A DNA stretch of 64,000 nucleotides, taken from an uncultured Bacilli bacterium. GTDB lineage: Bacteria > Bacillota > Bacilli > Bacillales > Amphibacillaceae. The position numbers and the translations under genes are program-made. The stretch covers positions 3,633 through 67,632 of the forward strand of contig CAVYBX010000004.1 in NCBI GenBank assembly GCA_963766835.1. The letters are read 5' to 3'. Shown one piece after another: positions 1 to 9,984 of the stretch (within the stretch, counting starts at the first letter, position 1; each line of letters opens with the position of its first letter). The notes under the pieces were generated by a model that saw only the letters and a list, made by a program, of their open reading frames with translations, ran no database searches and was not told the origin of the DNA.

Positions 1-12
1 TTCTCGATCCAT
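1..12 (-). CDS. 5' end of a gene running off the window (MDRE...)
   Basis: GGGAGG RBS then ATG GAT CGA GAA on the minus strand, with a sigA promoter upstream. Confidence 0.5.
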
Positions 13-76
13 TATAAGCCTCCCATTTTTAAAAATTACGTGTGTTAGAAATTTTCTGTTTATTCTTTAACTTATT

Positions 77-105
77 ATTATACGTATTAATGTATATGAT
101 TTCAA
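77..105 (-). promoter_or_regulatory. sigA promoter for the gene starting at 12
   Basis: TTGAAA-17 bp-TATAAT on the minus strand. Confidence 0.7.
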
Positions 106-140
106 TAGTCGTTTCTTAAACGATGCTCGTCCAAACATTT

Positions 141-316
141 ATGAAAAAAAGGTCAACAATGCATTCGCTTTACCTAAACAAATGACATTGGGACCTTTTT
201 GACTAGTCAAATATAAATACGGACTATGGCGTTCAACGAATTTTTAAAAAGACCAGTTGATCAACTGGCAAGCATTCATGGGTTGGGATTATGAGGAACC
301 AAGCCTTGGTTCTAGT
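141..316 (-). ncRNA. candidate structured small RNA of unassigned family
   Basis: Three near-perfect palindromes (198-211, 253-268, 296-312), a long terminator-like hairpin (146-200) followed by a U7 tract on the minus strand, a CATAGAAT sigE/sigK-like -10 just upstream, and no RBS-led ORF. Confidence 0.35.
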
Positions 317-498
317 ATATTCTATGTTCGAGTTACAGAAGGGAACAGTTATCTTTCCTAAGAAACTAGCACATTTTCTATTAAATCTATGTGTTCTACT
401 CATTTTATGCTCAAAATAGACTATAAAACAACCTGTAAACAATTATCCTACATATAGTGTTAATGTAATAACGACAAAAATAAAGGAGTTGTTTCATA

Positions 499-1074
499 AT
501 GGGTTGTTTTAGCGATCAATGTTTCGCTTCCGATCATTGTATAAAAGATGTCGTAAGAAAAATAGTCGATGCACAAGTTCGTGCTGCAGAAGAAGCGGCT
601 ACAGCTTGCACTACTAGTTGTGAACAGTCTATTGAAGAGTTATTATCCCCGACAAAACCGAGAAGAAGAACTAGGTATACGACGATTCCTATCATGCTTA
701 TTTGTAAAGATAGTTGTAAACCTTTCGTCGGTTCAGGTTTTGTCGGCAGAGATAGAGATGGAGGAAGAAGCGGACATTTCGAATGTATTGAATCCCCGAT
801 TTTTAAAGTTAGAGGATTCGTCCGTGGTTCAGACAGCTGTGTCCGGCTTGAATTATTATTACCTGTTGGAAGAAGATCGGGAGGTCACGAACATCACGGA
901 GATGATAAAGTTGACGTAAGCCATGGGCATCACCACGTCCGCGGTTCGTTTTGCGATCAATTCGGCAGCCGTAAAATCGAAAACTTCCGCGAAACTGGAC
1001 TTTGTATCACTGTCGATTTAGACTGCTTCTGCGGTATCACATGTTTAGATCCGATTACTCCTGTTCCTAGATAA
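499..1074 (+). CDS. CotY/CotZ family Cys-rich spore coat/crust protein
   Basis: Motifs CIKDVVRKIVDAQ, TIPIMLICK, CIESPIFKV, TGLCITVDLDCFCGITCL; AAGGAG RBS; sigK-like CATATAGT upstream. Confidence 0.88.
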   Translation: MGCFSDQCFASDHCIKDVVRKIVDAQVRAAEEAATACTTSCEQSIEELLSPTKPRRRTRYTTIPIMLICKDSCKPFVGSGFVGRDRDGGRSGHFECIESPIFKVRGFVRGSDSCVRLELLLPVGRRSGGHEHHGDDKVDVSHGHHHVRGSFCDQFGSRKIENFRETGLCITVDLDCFCGITCLDPITPVPR

Positions 1075-1080
1075 ATAGAA

Positions 1081-1104
1081 AGACTGCGTATCAAACGCAG
1101 TTTT
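1081..1104. terminator. intrinsic terminator between convergent genes
   Basis: ACTGCGT-atcaa-ACGCAGT followed by a T tract. Confidence 0.7.
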
Positions 1105-1114
1105 TCTATAAAAG

Positions 1115-1561
1115 TCATCCTTCTATTAAACTATAGAGATATTCTATGACATCGACCGGAGCTTTAAAGTTGATCGTTGAATGCTTCGTTTCAAATTTGA
1201 TATATGGCCCTTCCTGAAAAATTGTTATGATAGCGACGAGTTGTGCTTTTCTCTCTAATTGGTCACCATCTAACTTCACCGTCTCCGGTTGATATATTTT
1301 AAACATATTACATTCGATTGCATCAGCAGGAATACTGTCATAACTCCACGAATCTACCTTCAGCTTTTGTACGAAATCATCTATTTCTTCTTGATGTTCG
1401 AGCGTATTTAAAATTGATTCTGGTTCATCCACTGTGACGATTTCTACTTTTTGAGTATTTTTTAAATCGACAATGTTTTCATTTTCCTTACTGCAACCGA
1501 TTAATAGTGATACACATAATATGAACACGAGCGCACAAAATAATATCCTCATTTTTACCAC
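1115..1561 (-). CDS. hypothetical lipoprotein
   Basis: Hydrophobic signal peptide ending in lipobox LIGC. Confidence 0.7.
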   Translation of the reverse strand: MVKMRILFCALVFILCVSLLIGCSKENENIVDLKNTQKVEIVTVDEPESILNTLEHQEEIDDFVQKLKVDSWSYDSIPADAIECNMFKIYQPETVKLDGDQLERKAQLVAIITIFQEGPYIKFETKHSTINFKAPVDVIEYLYSLIEG

Positions 1562-1718
1562 CTTTAATATTGCGATTATTCAAAAAGTTAACATCATTAA
1601 GCTGTTCTGTCTATCAGTCCAAAGACGTAATTAACATTAAACTAGAGTTGTATCTTAAAAAGTTGTCATGCAAAATAAAAGACATTTTTGCAAAATAAAG
1701 GTAATATCGTCATAAGAG

Positions 1719-2066
1719 GTGAAAGTAATGATTAATTTTATACAGCTACATTCTATAGAAGAAATTGAGCAATTTATTCAAGAACACAATTTAGCTTTCC
1801 TGTACATGACACAACCGAATTGTAGTGTATGTGACGGGTTACGACCACAAATTGAAGCAATTTTATCTAAGTATCCGAATATTTATTCCGCTACGATCAA
1901 TGCTAGTGAAGTTCCTCAAGTCGCTAGCTGCTTTCAAGTTTTTACAGCCCCTGTATTACTTTTATTCGTCGACGGTAAAGAATTTGTTAGAGAAGCTCGA
2001 ATCGTCCATACTAAAAAATTCGTTGAAAAATTGGATCGTATATATAAATATGTAGAAAATCAGTAA
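1719..2066 (+). CDS. thioredoxin family protein
   Basis: CSVC motif, FQVFTAPVLLLFVDGKE cis-Pro region, about 110 aa. Confidence 0.85.
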   Translation: MKVMINFIQLHSIEEIEQFIQEHNLAFLYMTQPNCSVCDGLRPQIEAILSKYPNIYSATINASEVPQVASCFQVFTAPVLLLFVDGKEFVREARIVHTKKFVEKLDRIYKYVENQ

Positions 2067-2463
2067 ATTAACATGCTTTTTTAAATTATCTCCGCTGTCT
2101 AGTCACTTATACTTCACAATAATTTTTGTCATCATTTAAAAATAAAAATCATATAAATAAAACAACAAACATTTTATTAATCTTTTAATTATGAATTTTT
2201 GCTATTTTATTAAATAATCGTTTTTATATATGGTGGTGTAACGGGTTATCTCTTTACAAAACATTGTACAAGCCTTCCTATCACACTTCATCATAGATGT
2301 TCTACCAAATACAGTAATATAAATTGTTAATATTTTTCATCATCTGCCAAAAAACAATTGAAACATTTTTTATAGAATTCCCTAATGATCAGCGATTACA
2401 TACGAAGCGTCGTTACTTGCCAGCTATAAAAACGATATATGATATAATTTTTAGGAGGTTGAG

Positions 2464-3425
2464 ATGATGAAAAATAGAATTGATCCTGAATTACGAGAAA
2501 TGCTTGAACAATTCCGCCACTTGATTTAGACAATTACGAAACAACGAGACAAGCGATGGCAGAAGAAGCCGAAATGAATCCAATCCCCGATGATGATGCT
2601 GTTCAGATCACAGAAAAGATGATCCCCGGACCTGAAGACAATCCTTCCGTCCGAGTGATCACTTATGAACCGAAAGAAAAAAGTGACCTTCTTCCTGCGC
2701 TGTTGTGGATACATGGCGGTGGTTATGTCCTAGGTTCTGCAGATGAAAATAAAGATTTATGCCAGCAATTTGTAAAAGAAGCAAATTGTATCGTCGTGTC
2801 CGTCGACTACCGATTAGCGCCTGAACACCGTTATCCTGCAGCATTAGAAGATTGTTATGCCGCTCTGGAATGGATTGCTGATGAAGCTTCTGAACTCGGT
2901 GTAGATCCGAAAAGAATCGGCGTCGCTGGCTTAAGTGCTGGAGGAGGATTGACTGCTGCTGTCACATTACTTGCACGCGACCGCAACGGTCCAGAACTTT
3001 GCTTCCAAATGCCACTTTATCCAATGATTGACGACCGAAATGATAACCCTTCACACCATGAAATTACCGGACATATGGTTTGGAATTACGAGTTGAACGA
3101 AAAAGGCTGGTCGATGTATTTAGACGGAAAAAATGGAACAGATGATGTGTCACCATATGCCGCACCTATTCGTGCAGAAGACCTTTCCGGACTCCCTTAC
3201 ACATACACTTGCATCGGACAGCTCGACCCATTCCGTGATGAAACGCTTGAATATGTCACTCTACTAGCACGAGCAGGTGTAGACGTAGAATTTCATCTTT
3301 ATCCTGGTTGTTTCCACGCATTCGAAATCGTCCACCCAACTGCCGAAATTAGTCGACGAGCGATACAAGAATACGTCAATGCAGTAAAATATGCTTTAAA
3401 TAGAACAGAAGTTACAGCTAAATAG
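2464..3425 (+). CDS. alpha/beta hydrolase (HSL-family esterase/lipase); apparent 1-bp frameshift near 2513
   Basis: HGGGY oxyanion motif, GLSAGG nucleophile elbow, D and H catalytic motifs; AGGAGG RBS and ATG at 2464 give MMKNRIDPELREMLEQF, which joins the 2556 ORF frame if one C is restored. Confidence 0.88.
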
Positions 3426-3436
3426 TTTAGTAAAGT

Positions 3437-3466
3437 GAACGCTTGTCATTAATGCGACAAGCGTTC
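3437..3466. terminator. hairpin terminator between convergent genes
   Basis: GAACGCTTGTC...GACAAGCGTTC inverted repeat. Confidence 0.7.
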
Positions 3467-3468
3467 TA

Positions 3469-4693
3469 TCATTCATTTCTCAGTTCTATATGATTAAAAT
3501 ATATCGATGAATCTTGAATTGTATCTAGTGGTTGAACTAATTCAACTTTCCCTTCATAGATGACATCGAAATTTAATAGATCGATGACAGTAACGGTAGA
3601 TTCCATACTTTCATCAATGAAAGTAGGAATGCAATAAAATTTGCCACCTTCGACAAGTGGTTCATACAATTCTCCATATGAGAAATACATACTAACTGTG
3701 CCCGCTTCTAATCGATCGATGATCGAGTCTTTTTGCAAATGATAATTAGTGACGAATAATTTTTGTCGATCAACTTCAACGAAAAATAATTCATCTTCCA
3801 CAAATGCTATCGGCACACCGAGTTTCGTTTCTTTTATTGTAATTTCTTCTTTTTCATGCGTCTTTAGATCGTACTTCATGATATGATCTATCTCTATCGA
3901 TTCAGCGAACATGTCGTTCGTAGATTCCTCCATATATGTTACGTCATATTCAAAACAACATCACATTCGCGTGTTGATCATCAAGTAAAATTTGAACATC
4001 GCTATATCCATCATTGTCTGCATTTTGATGTTCAATTTCTCCTATCTTTTCTGTGTATGTAAGTTGTCGTTCATTTATATCAAACGTGTAAACATACACC
4101 TCACCTAGATACACATCTTCATTATTTCCTGCCCGTTCATTTACAGTTACGATAAATACTTCGTCATCTATTACAAATATTTTCCGTGTGTCTAAGTACA
4201 AATAATCATCTATATTTGGTATAGGCGTTTGAAAAGAAATCGTTTCATTTGTCTCTTTATCAAGTACTGCTATTTCAAATTGTTCGCTATTTAAACTCCA
4301 AACATCGTACGAAACACTACCATATACTAATAAATGTTCCGTTTCATAAAATAAACCGGAAAATTCATCTTTTCCACGCATAAAACTTTTATATTCTCGC
4401 TGTAATCTTTCTATATCCTTTTGCTTGTAATAACCGTTTAATTTTTTAAAAAATGGTTCATGACGAAAATAAGCCGTTCCTTCTGTATCAATTCGAAAAG
4501 GTTCAAATCCAAAGTAATCATAATGGAAATCTCCAGTAATGACGAGATCCTTTATCGTCTCTTCATCGCCAGCAATCGTTTTAAAGTGGAAATTAGGAAA
4601 ATAACGTGAGACGTTCTTTGCATCGATATACAAATAACTGATTGTTATGACGATAAAAATTGTGAAAACAACGAGATTAACATATTTCTTCAT
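3469..4693 (-). CDS. membrane-anchored extracytoplasmic protein of the GntR/ABC operon, split into two ORFs by a probable frameshift near 3950
   Basis: Single N-terminal TM helix and RBS at 4693; the second ORF follows without its own RBS. Confidence 0.65.
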
Positions 4694-4708
4694 CTTTTCC
4701 CTCCTCTC

Positions 4709-5547
4709 CTAAACTGTCACCTTACGATTTAATAAGTATCGGCTAACGAGTAATGAGCATGCCACAACGACCATCCATATGAAAAATTCGACGAAAAACA
4801 GTTCATCTGGGTACAAATATAAATTTCCGAAAAGAAGAAATTGAACGATGACTGGTAAAATAAATAGACTGATTGAACAAAAAATATATAATATCCCGAT
4901 AGCAGATCCCTTTAAATTTAAAACTTCTTTCAAATAAGATTGCAGTGAACATGACGACGATAAACGCAAAAACTAGACTATAAGTAACTAAAAACTCCAT
5001 AAAGCTTTCCGGTAAAATCATCGATAATTGATATACTCCAGATATTACTTCCGGAACTGTTAAATCTACGCGAAATACTTTTGGGACAATCCATTTCACC
5101 ATTTTTTCTTCCAAGTATAATAAAACAATTTGCATCCCGATAAGACCTAACATGGTGAGCATAATCGTTATTGCTTTTGCAAAAAATACATTCATCCGCG
5201 AGGTCGGTAACATCAATAATCGATAAATAAACGTATTTTTCGCGAACCAATCACGATACCAAATGAAAAAAATATAAATAATTAATAAAGCGATTCCGAT
5301 GGCCAATGGTCCAAGTACCCATAGACTATAAGCGTTATCGATCAAACTGAAAGTATGAATACATTTCGATAAAAGCTTTTTCATTCATGCCGCCTTTGAT
5401 GAAGGAATTGTTCACTAATATCATATATTTTTGGGCTGCAACAAACGTTCCGATAAGTTGAATGACGGCGATCGTGATCAGTAAAGCGATATATAATTTC
5501 ATAAACCGGTTTAATTCAAAATTTAGTAATTTGAAAAAACTGTTCAT
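4709..5547 (-). CDS. ABC transporter permease, split by two probable frameshifts
   Basis: Hydrophobic segments; motif WYRDWFAKNTFIYRLLMLPTSR; follows the ABC ATPase with ATGA overlap. Confidence 0.75.
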
Positions 5548-6235
5548 ACACGAAAGGCCTCCCTCATGACATCGACAATCGATTTGCCCTCTTCTTCACG
5601 CATTTGTTCAGCGTTAAATTCTTTCAAGACGATGCCACTATCGAGCAATACGACATGATCGACTAATTGTTCTATTTCATCGATTTCGTGTGTTGTAACG
5701 ATCACACCACGATCTTCTATCAAATGTGTCGTAAATACATCTGTAATTTGTTCCCTACTGAATATATCGATCCCTGAAAATGGTTCATCCATTAATAGAT
5801 AATCGACATCCAGCGCTAACCCTAAGAGTAAGATTCATTTTCGCTTTATTCCCTTTCGATAAATTTGAAATGCGTTCATTCTTTTTGTAATCGAAAGAAT
5901 GTTAACAACTGCTCTGCTCTTTTTTCATTCCATGATTGATAAAAATCTGCCATAAAATCAAATGCATCACGTATCCGCATCTGTGGCAACATCGTGATCG
6001 TATCAGGAATATAAGCAATTTTTTCATAACTATTTTTATTTATTTTTTTCTTATCGATTAAAATTTCGCCACTATCGATCGGTGTCAAATTCATAATCGC
6101 ATTTAATATTGTCGTTTTTCCAACACCATTTACGCCGATCAGACAAGTAATTTCCCCTTTTTTCGCTGTAAACGAAACACCATTAAGTACTTGTTTTCTC
6201 CCGTATGATTTGTAGATATTTTTTACCTCAATCAT
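5544..6235 (-). CDS. ABC transporter ATP-binding protein (YtrB-like), frameshifted near 5876
   Basis: Walker A GVNGVGKTT, Walker B/D-loop MDEPFSGID, H-loop TTHE. Confidence 0.88.
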
Positions 6236-6263
6236 ACCTTCCCTCCTGTTCTCTTTATGTTTC

Positions 6264-6629
6264 TCATAATATTCTTTTACTAAAGCGACAATATTCATCT
6301 AACGGTACTTGCAACGTATAAACGGAAGATATAAACGTTTCTACTGCTTCAGTCAATAAATTTTCTCGTACTTTTTGAATGATTTTTTCATCATTTGTTA
6401 TTTTACTCGGCTTATTCCCTTCTGTATAAATCAATCCTTCTTCCTCCATTTCTTTATACGCCCGTTGGACGGTGTTCGGGTTAATATTCAACTTTTGAGC
6501 TAGCTCGCGTCGAGATGGTATTTCTTCACCTTTCGCTAGTGCTCCGCTTGCTATTTGTACTTTAAAATATTGAATCACCTGTATGTATACAGGGGCACGA
6601 CTATTTAGTTTTAAATGCATCGGATTCAA
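6264..6629 (-). CDS. GntR family regulator, YtrA subfamily (3' end possibly frameshifted)
   Basis: PVYIQV...IPSRRELAQKLNINPNTVQRAYKEMEEEG wHTH, about 120 aa, first gene of an ABC operon. Confidence 0.9.
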   Translation of the reverse strand: MNPMHLKLNSRAPVYIQVIQYFKVQIASGALAKGEEIPSRRELAQKLNINPNTVQRAYKEMEEEGLIYTEGNKPSKITNDEKIIQKVRENLLTEAVETFISSVYTLQVPLDEYCRFSKRIL

Positions 6630-6653
6630 CCCCCTCCCTTACGATGTCCATTC

Positions 6654-6765
6654 TGTATTAAATGATTAATACACGAACCGCAAAAAATATCCAACCGTTC
6701 CATTATCTGTATTATCCCTTAATACACTTTAGCTGTATTATATGTTTAGTACACTAAAAAGTCAA
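6654..6765 (-). promoter_or_regulatory. sigA promoter with three YtrA-type operator palindromes
   Basis: TGTATTA-N5/6-TA(A/G)TACA at 6654-6673, 6708-6726, 6734-6753; TTGACT(6765-6760)-17-TATAAT(6742-6737) overlapped by the third site. Confidence 0.8.
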
Positions 6766-6843
6766 TATATTTTAAAAAATTTTCTCCCTAATTTTCTCTG
6801 ACATTGTTACAATTAGTTAGGTGATGATAAAGGGGGATAAACA

Positions 6844-7602
6844 TTGAAGTTAGTTTCGTGGAATGTAAATGGTTTAAGAGCTTGTATACGTAAGGGGTTT
6901 TTAGATTATTTTCTTGATGTTGAAGCTGATATATTTTGTGTGCAAGAAATAAAGCTTCAAGAAGGGCAAATCAATCTTCAACTAGATCATTATCATACTT
7001 ATTGGAATTACGCAGAAAAGAAAGGTTACGCTGGAACGGCTGTGTTTACGAAAAATAAGCCGCTTTCCGTTCAATATGGAATCGGTCATTCGAATGAACA
7101 TCCTGAAGGTAGAATCATTACTTTAGAATACGAAAACTTTTTCTTAGTCAATGTATATTCGGTGAATGCACGCAGAGATTTGTCACGATTAAATGATCGT
7201 TTAACATGGGAAGACGACCTTTTTGATCAAATAAAACGATTAGATGAGGAAAAACCGGTTATTTTATGTGGAGATTTGAATGTCGCTCATCAACCGATCG
7301 ATCTTCGAAATGCGAAAACAAATGAAGGAAACTCAGGTTTTACGATCGAAGAAAGAGAAAAGTTGTCACGTTTACTCGATGCTGGTTTTATCGATACGTT
7401 GCGTTATTTTTATCCGGATAAAGAAGGTTTATATACATGGTGGTCGTACATGCCGACGGTAAGAGAAAGGAATATCGGCTGGAGAATCGACTACTTTATC
7501 GTATCAAACAGGTTAAAGGAACAGTTACTTGCTTCTGAAATCGATGCACATATTTTAGGAAGTGATCATTGCCCGATAAGATTAGAAATTGATCTATCCT
7601 AA
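6844..7602 (+). CDS. exoA: exodeoxyribonuclease III / AP endonuclease
   Basis: SWNVNGLRA, CGDLNVAH, YTWWSY, GWRIDYF, GSDHCP motifs. Confidence 0.93.
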   Translation: MKLVSWNVNGLRACIRKGFLDYFLDVEADIFCVQEIKLQEGQINLQLDHYHTYWNYAEKKGYAGTAVFTKNKPLSVQYGIGHSNEHPEGRIITLEYENFFLVNVYSVNARRDLSRLNDRLTWEDDLFDQIKRLDEEKPVILCGDLNVAHQPIDLRNAKTNEGNSGFTIEEREKLSRLLDAGFIDTLRYFYPDKEGLYTWWSYMPTVRERNIGWRIDYFIVSNRLKEQLLASEIDAHILGSDHCPIRLEIDLS

Positions 7603-7610
7603 AAAACTGA

Positions 7611-7637
7611 GGAGATGTCAAACAAAGCGACATCTCC
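7611..7637. terminator. bidirectional terminator
   Basis: GGAGATGTC...GACATCTCC inverted repeat between convergent genes. Confidence 0.65.
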
Positions 7638-7652
7638 TTTATGTTAGTATCA

Positions 7653-8990
7653 TTATTTCACTAACTTTCTTCGCTCGTCTGTCACTTTTCCAACTTTGTC
7701 CCAATCGATCATATTTTCTAAAATTAACGCGACAACAATACCTACTAACAGTCCGTTACTCATAAACGGACGGATAAAAGCCGGAATTGACTCAAATGTA
7801 GCTGCCGGCAGCGTCATAATAACTGTTCCAACGAATAATGGAATCGCTACTCGGTAAACGTTTAATGCATTAAATTGCATCCCCTTAAAATTTTCAATCG
7901 ACGAATTGAATAACTGTAAATAAGCGACGAATAATACGGCGCTTCCTATACTTAACGGAAGAGTTGAGAAAAATTTTCCTATCGGAGGGATTACTCCCAT
8001 GAGGAAAAATAAGAAACTACCGATGATAAACGGAAGCCTGTCCAAAATATTCGTTTGCCGTAAAAATCCGATCGATGAAACGAATGGAGCATAAGGGACC
8101 AACCCGAAAAAACCAGCCGCTATATTCGATAATCCTGTTATAGAAAACGATGCGAAATAATCACGTTTCGTCGTTTCTTTTTGCAACAAATCGTCAGATC
8201 CCTTCAATGCACCGAACGTGTTAGACGTGTTCAATAGACCAGCTAGTACCGCCGTTAAGACGACCCCGGTATCCCACGTTAATGAACCTAATGGAAATAC
8301 TTTTATTCCAGCTGATTCGCCGATCGATGCATCAGGACCGAAAAATATAATGTACAATATCCATCCGATGATAATACCGATTAAAAGTGCATAACTTCTT
8401 ATTTTTGCTGGCGATTTAATACTAATAATCATAACGAGCACTGCAATAAAAATGGCTAATGCCGAAACAGGTATATTAATCGTCGCCGTTTCCGATGAAG
8501 CTTTAAAAGGTAAACCGAGCATTCCTTTTAAAAATATTTGAATTAAAGTAAGACCGAGCAAAAACATAAAAACGCCCATGACACCAGGTTTAAATAATTT
8601 TGCGATTACCGGACCGATCCCAAGGACACCGATCAAAATCGTCACGAAACCTGATATGATGACCCCTAAAGTTAAACTGCCGCCGAGCACATCAATCGGC
8701 ATTCCTTGCGCGGAAGTAGTTACGACGAGCGTTAAAAATATTCCCCACCATAAACCTGATTGTCCTTCTAATAACGGTCGATGGTGACCGAAAAACACTT
8801 GTGCTAAACAAGCTAATCCTGTTACGATAAAAGACATTTGTAGCAATGGAACTATTTCAGTTTGGGTTAGTCCATAAGCTTCCCCAATTGTGATCGGTAT
8901 AATAACGATATTTGCAAAAATAAAAAAAAACCATTGTACGCCTGCTATCCAATTTCTTGCTTCTCGTAACCCATGCATTTTACCACACAC
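7653..8990 (-). CDS. nucleobase (uracil/xanthine) permease, NCS2 family, YwdJ-like
   Basis: QWFFFIFAN, GHHRPLLEGQSGLWWG, many TM helices. Confidence 0.82.
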   Translation of the reverse strand: MCGKMHGLREARNWIAGVQWFFFIFANIVIIPITIGEAYGLTQTEIVPLLQMSFIVTGLACLAQVFFGHHRPLLEGQSGLWWGIFLTLVVTTSAQGMPIDVLGGSLTLGVIISGFVTILIGVLGIGPVIAKLFKPGVMGVFMFLLGLTLIQIFLKGMLGLPFKASSETATINIPVSALAIFIAVLVMIISIKSPAKIRSYALLIGIIIGWILYIIFFGPDASIGESAGIKVFPLGSLTWDTGVVLTAVLAGLLNTSNTFGALKGSDDLLQKETTKRDYFASFSITGLSNIAAGFFGLVPYAPFVSSIGFLRQTNILDRLPFIIGSFLFFLMGVIPPIGKFFSTLPLSIGSAVLFVAYLQLFNSSIENFKGMQFNALNVYRVAIPLFVGTVIMTLPAATFESIPAFIRPFMSNGLLVGIVVALILENMIDWDKVGKVTDERRKLVK

Positions 8991-9097
8991 TCTTCTTTAT
9001 GTATGATTCTTTTTAATTATAATAGCATGTTTTTCAGTAAAAATTCATACAATTAATAGGTTTTAACAAATAAATGAAATTTTCTATTTAATTTTTC

Positions 9098-9126
9098 GCA
9101 TATTTTTCTTTATTTCGTTCAAAATA
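9098..9126 (+). promoter_or_regulatory. forespore sigG-type promoter
   Basis: GCATA-17 bp-CAAAATA upstream of a YhcQ-like gene. Confidence 0.6.
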
Positions 9127-9156
9127 ATTCCTGACGATAAAAAAGGAGGAATTGTT

Positions 9157-9774
9157 TTGTTTAATCAAAACCAAGAACAGAATCAACAACAGTCATCTTC
9201 ACAAATGCCGCCGCAAATGCAGTTTGGAGGTCATGAGTTATTAGATGCAGATGAAGCGATCGGTGCTTTAGTAGGTGCACTTGAACATTACGTATTGTAT
9301 GATCAATATGTTCAAGATCAAGAATTGTCGAATATTATGCAACGACAAAGAGGGTTTTTAAATCAACTATACAATACGATACTCGATACAATGAAAACTG
9401 GGACAGATCCTGCTGTGAAAACACAGACGTATCATATGCAAGAAGGAAATGATTCAATTTATGGAATGAAACAATCTTCACCTAAAACACCGATCCAATC
9501 GATTAATGAACTAAATGATGAATGTATTTCTAGTTTTATCTTAAGCCATTTGAAAGCAGTCTCTACTGCATTTACATTAGCTGCTTTAGAAGCGACGAAT
9601 CCTGTACTTAGAAGAGTATTTGCTGATAGCATACCGAATTCAATTGAGATGGCATATGAAATGTATCTCTATATGAACAAAAAAGGTTACTACGAAGTAG
9701 CTCAGTTACAACAACAAGATATGCAAATGATTATGAATAGTTACGGTCCGGTGCATGGAAATATATCTCATTAA
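9157..9774 (+). CDS. spore coat protein F-like protein (YhcQ-like)
   Basis: Gln-rich N-terminus, GGHELLD, ALEATNPVLRRVFADSIPN, YMNKKGYY Coat-F motifs; AGGAGG RBS. Confidence 0.8.
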   Translation: MFNQNQEQNQQQSSSQMPPQMQFGGHELLDADEAIGALVGALEHYVLYDQYVQDQELSNIMQRQRGFLNQLYNTILDTMKTGTDPAVKTQTYHMQEGNDSIYGMKQSSPKTPIQSINELNDECISSFILSHLKAVSTAFTLAALEATNPVLRRVFADSIPNSIEMAYEMYLYMNKKGYYEVAQLQQQDMQMIMNSYGPVHGNISH

Positions 9775-9827
9775 AAAGACTGTCATCTTTCTGTGTTACC
9801 TTTCATATGATGATACTTGATATTAGA

Positions 9828-9858
9828 AATCACCTATTTTTGAAATAGGTGATTTTAT
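9828..9858 (+). terminator. intrinsic terminator
   Basis: AATCACCTATTT...AAATAGGTGATT followed by T tract. Confidence 0.7.
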
Positions 9859-9984
9859 TTGTGATGGAAAATTGCTTGAGATAGTGAATGACCTTTTCGT
9901 TTACAAAATTGATTTTTTTGATAATATGTAGTAATATATATATTTGTCCGACCATTCCATACGATACATGGAATATAATTCGAG

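Noticed and set aside
233-442. 69-aa minus-strand ORF
   Set aside because: No RBS or recognisable motif; it overlaps the cot promoter region and the palindromic element.
2067-2450. Roughly 390-nt AT-rich intergenic region before the esterase
   Set aside because: No convincing hairpin series, repeat, riboswitch motif or RBS-led small ORF found.
5876-6629. Possible GntR-ABC ATPase fusion if one base near 6292 is removed
   Set aside because: The ATPase has its own AGGAGG RBS before ATG 6235 and the region is indel-prone, so a fusion cannot be supported without polished reads.
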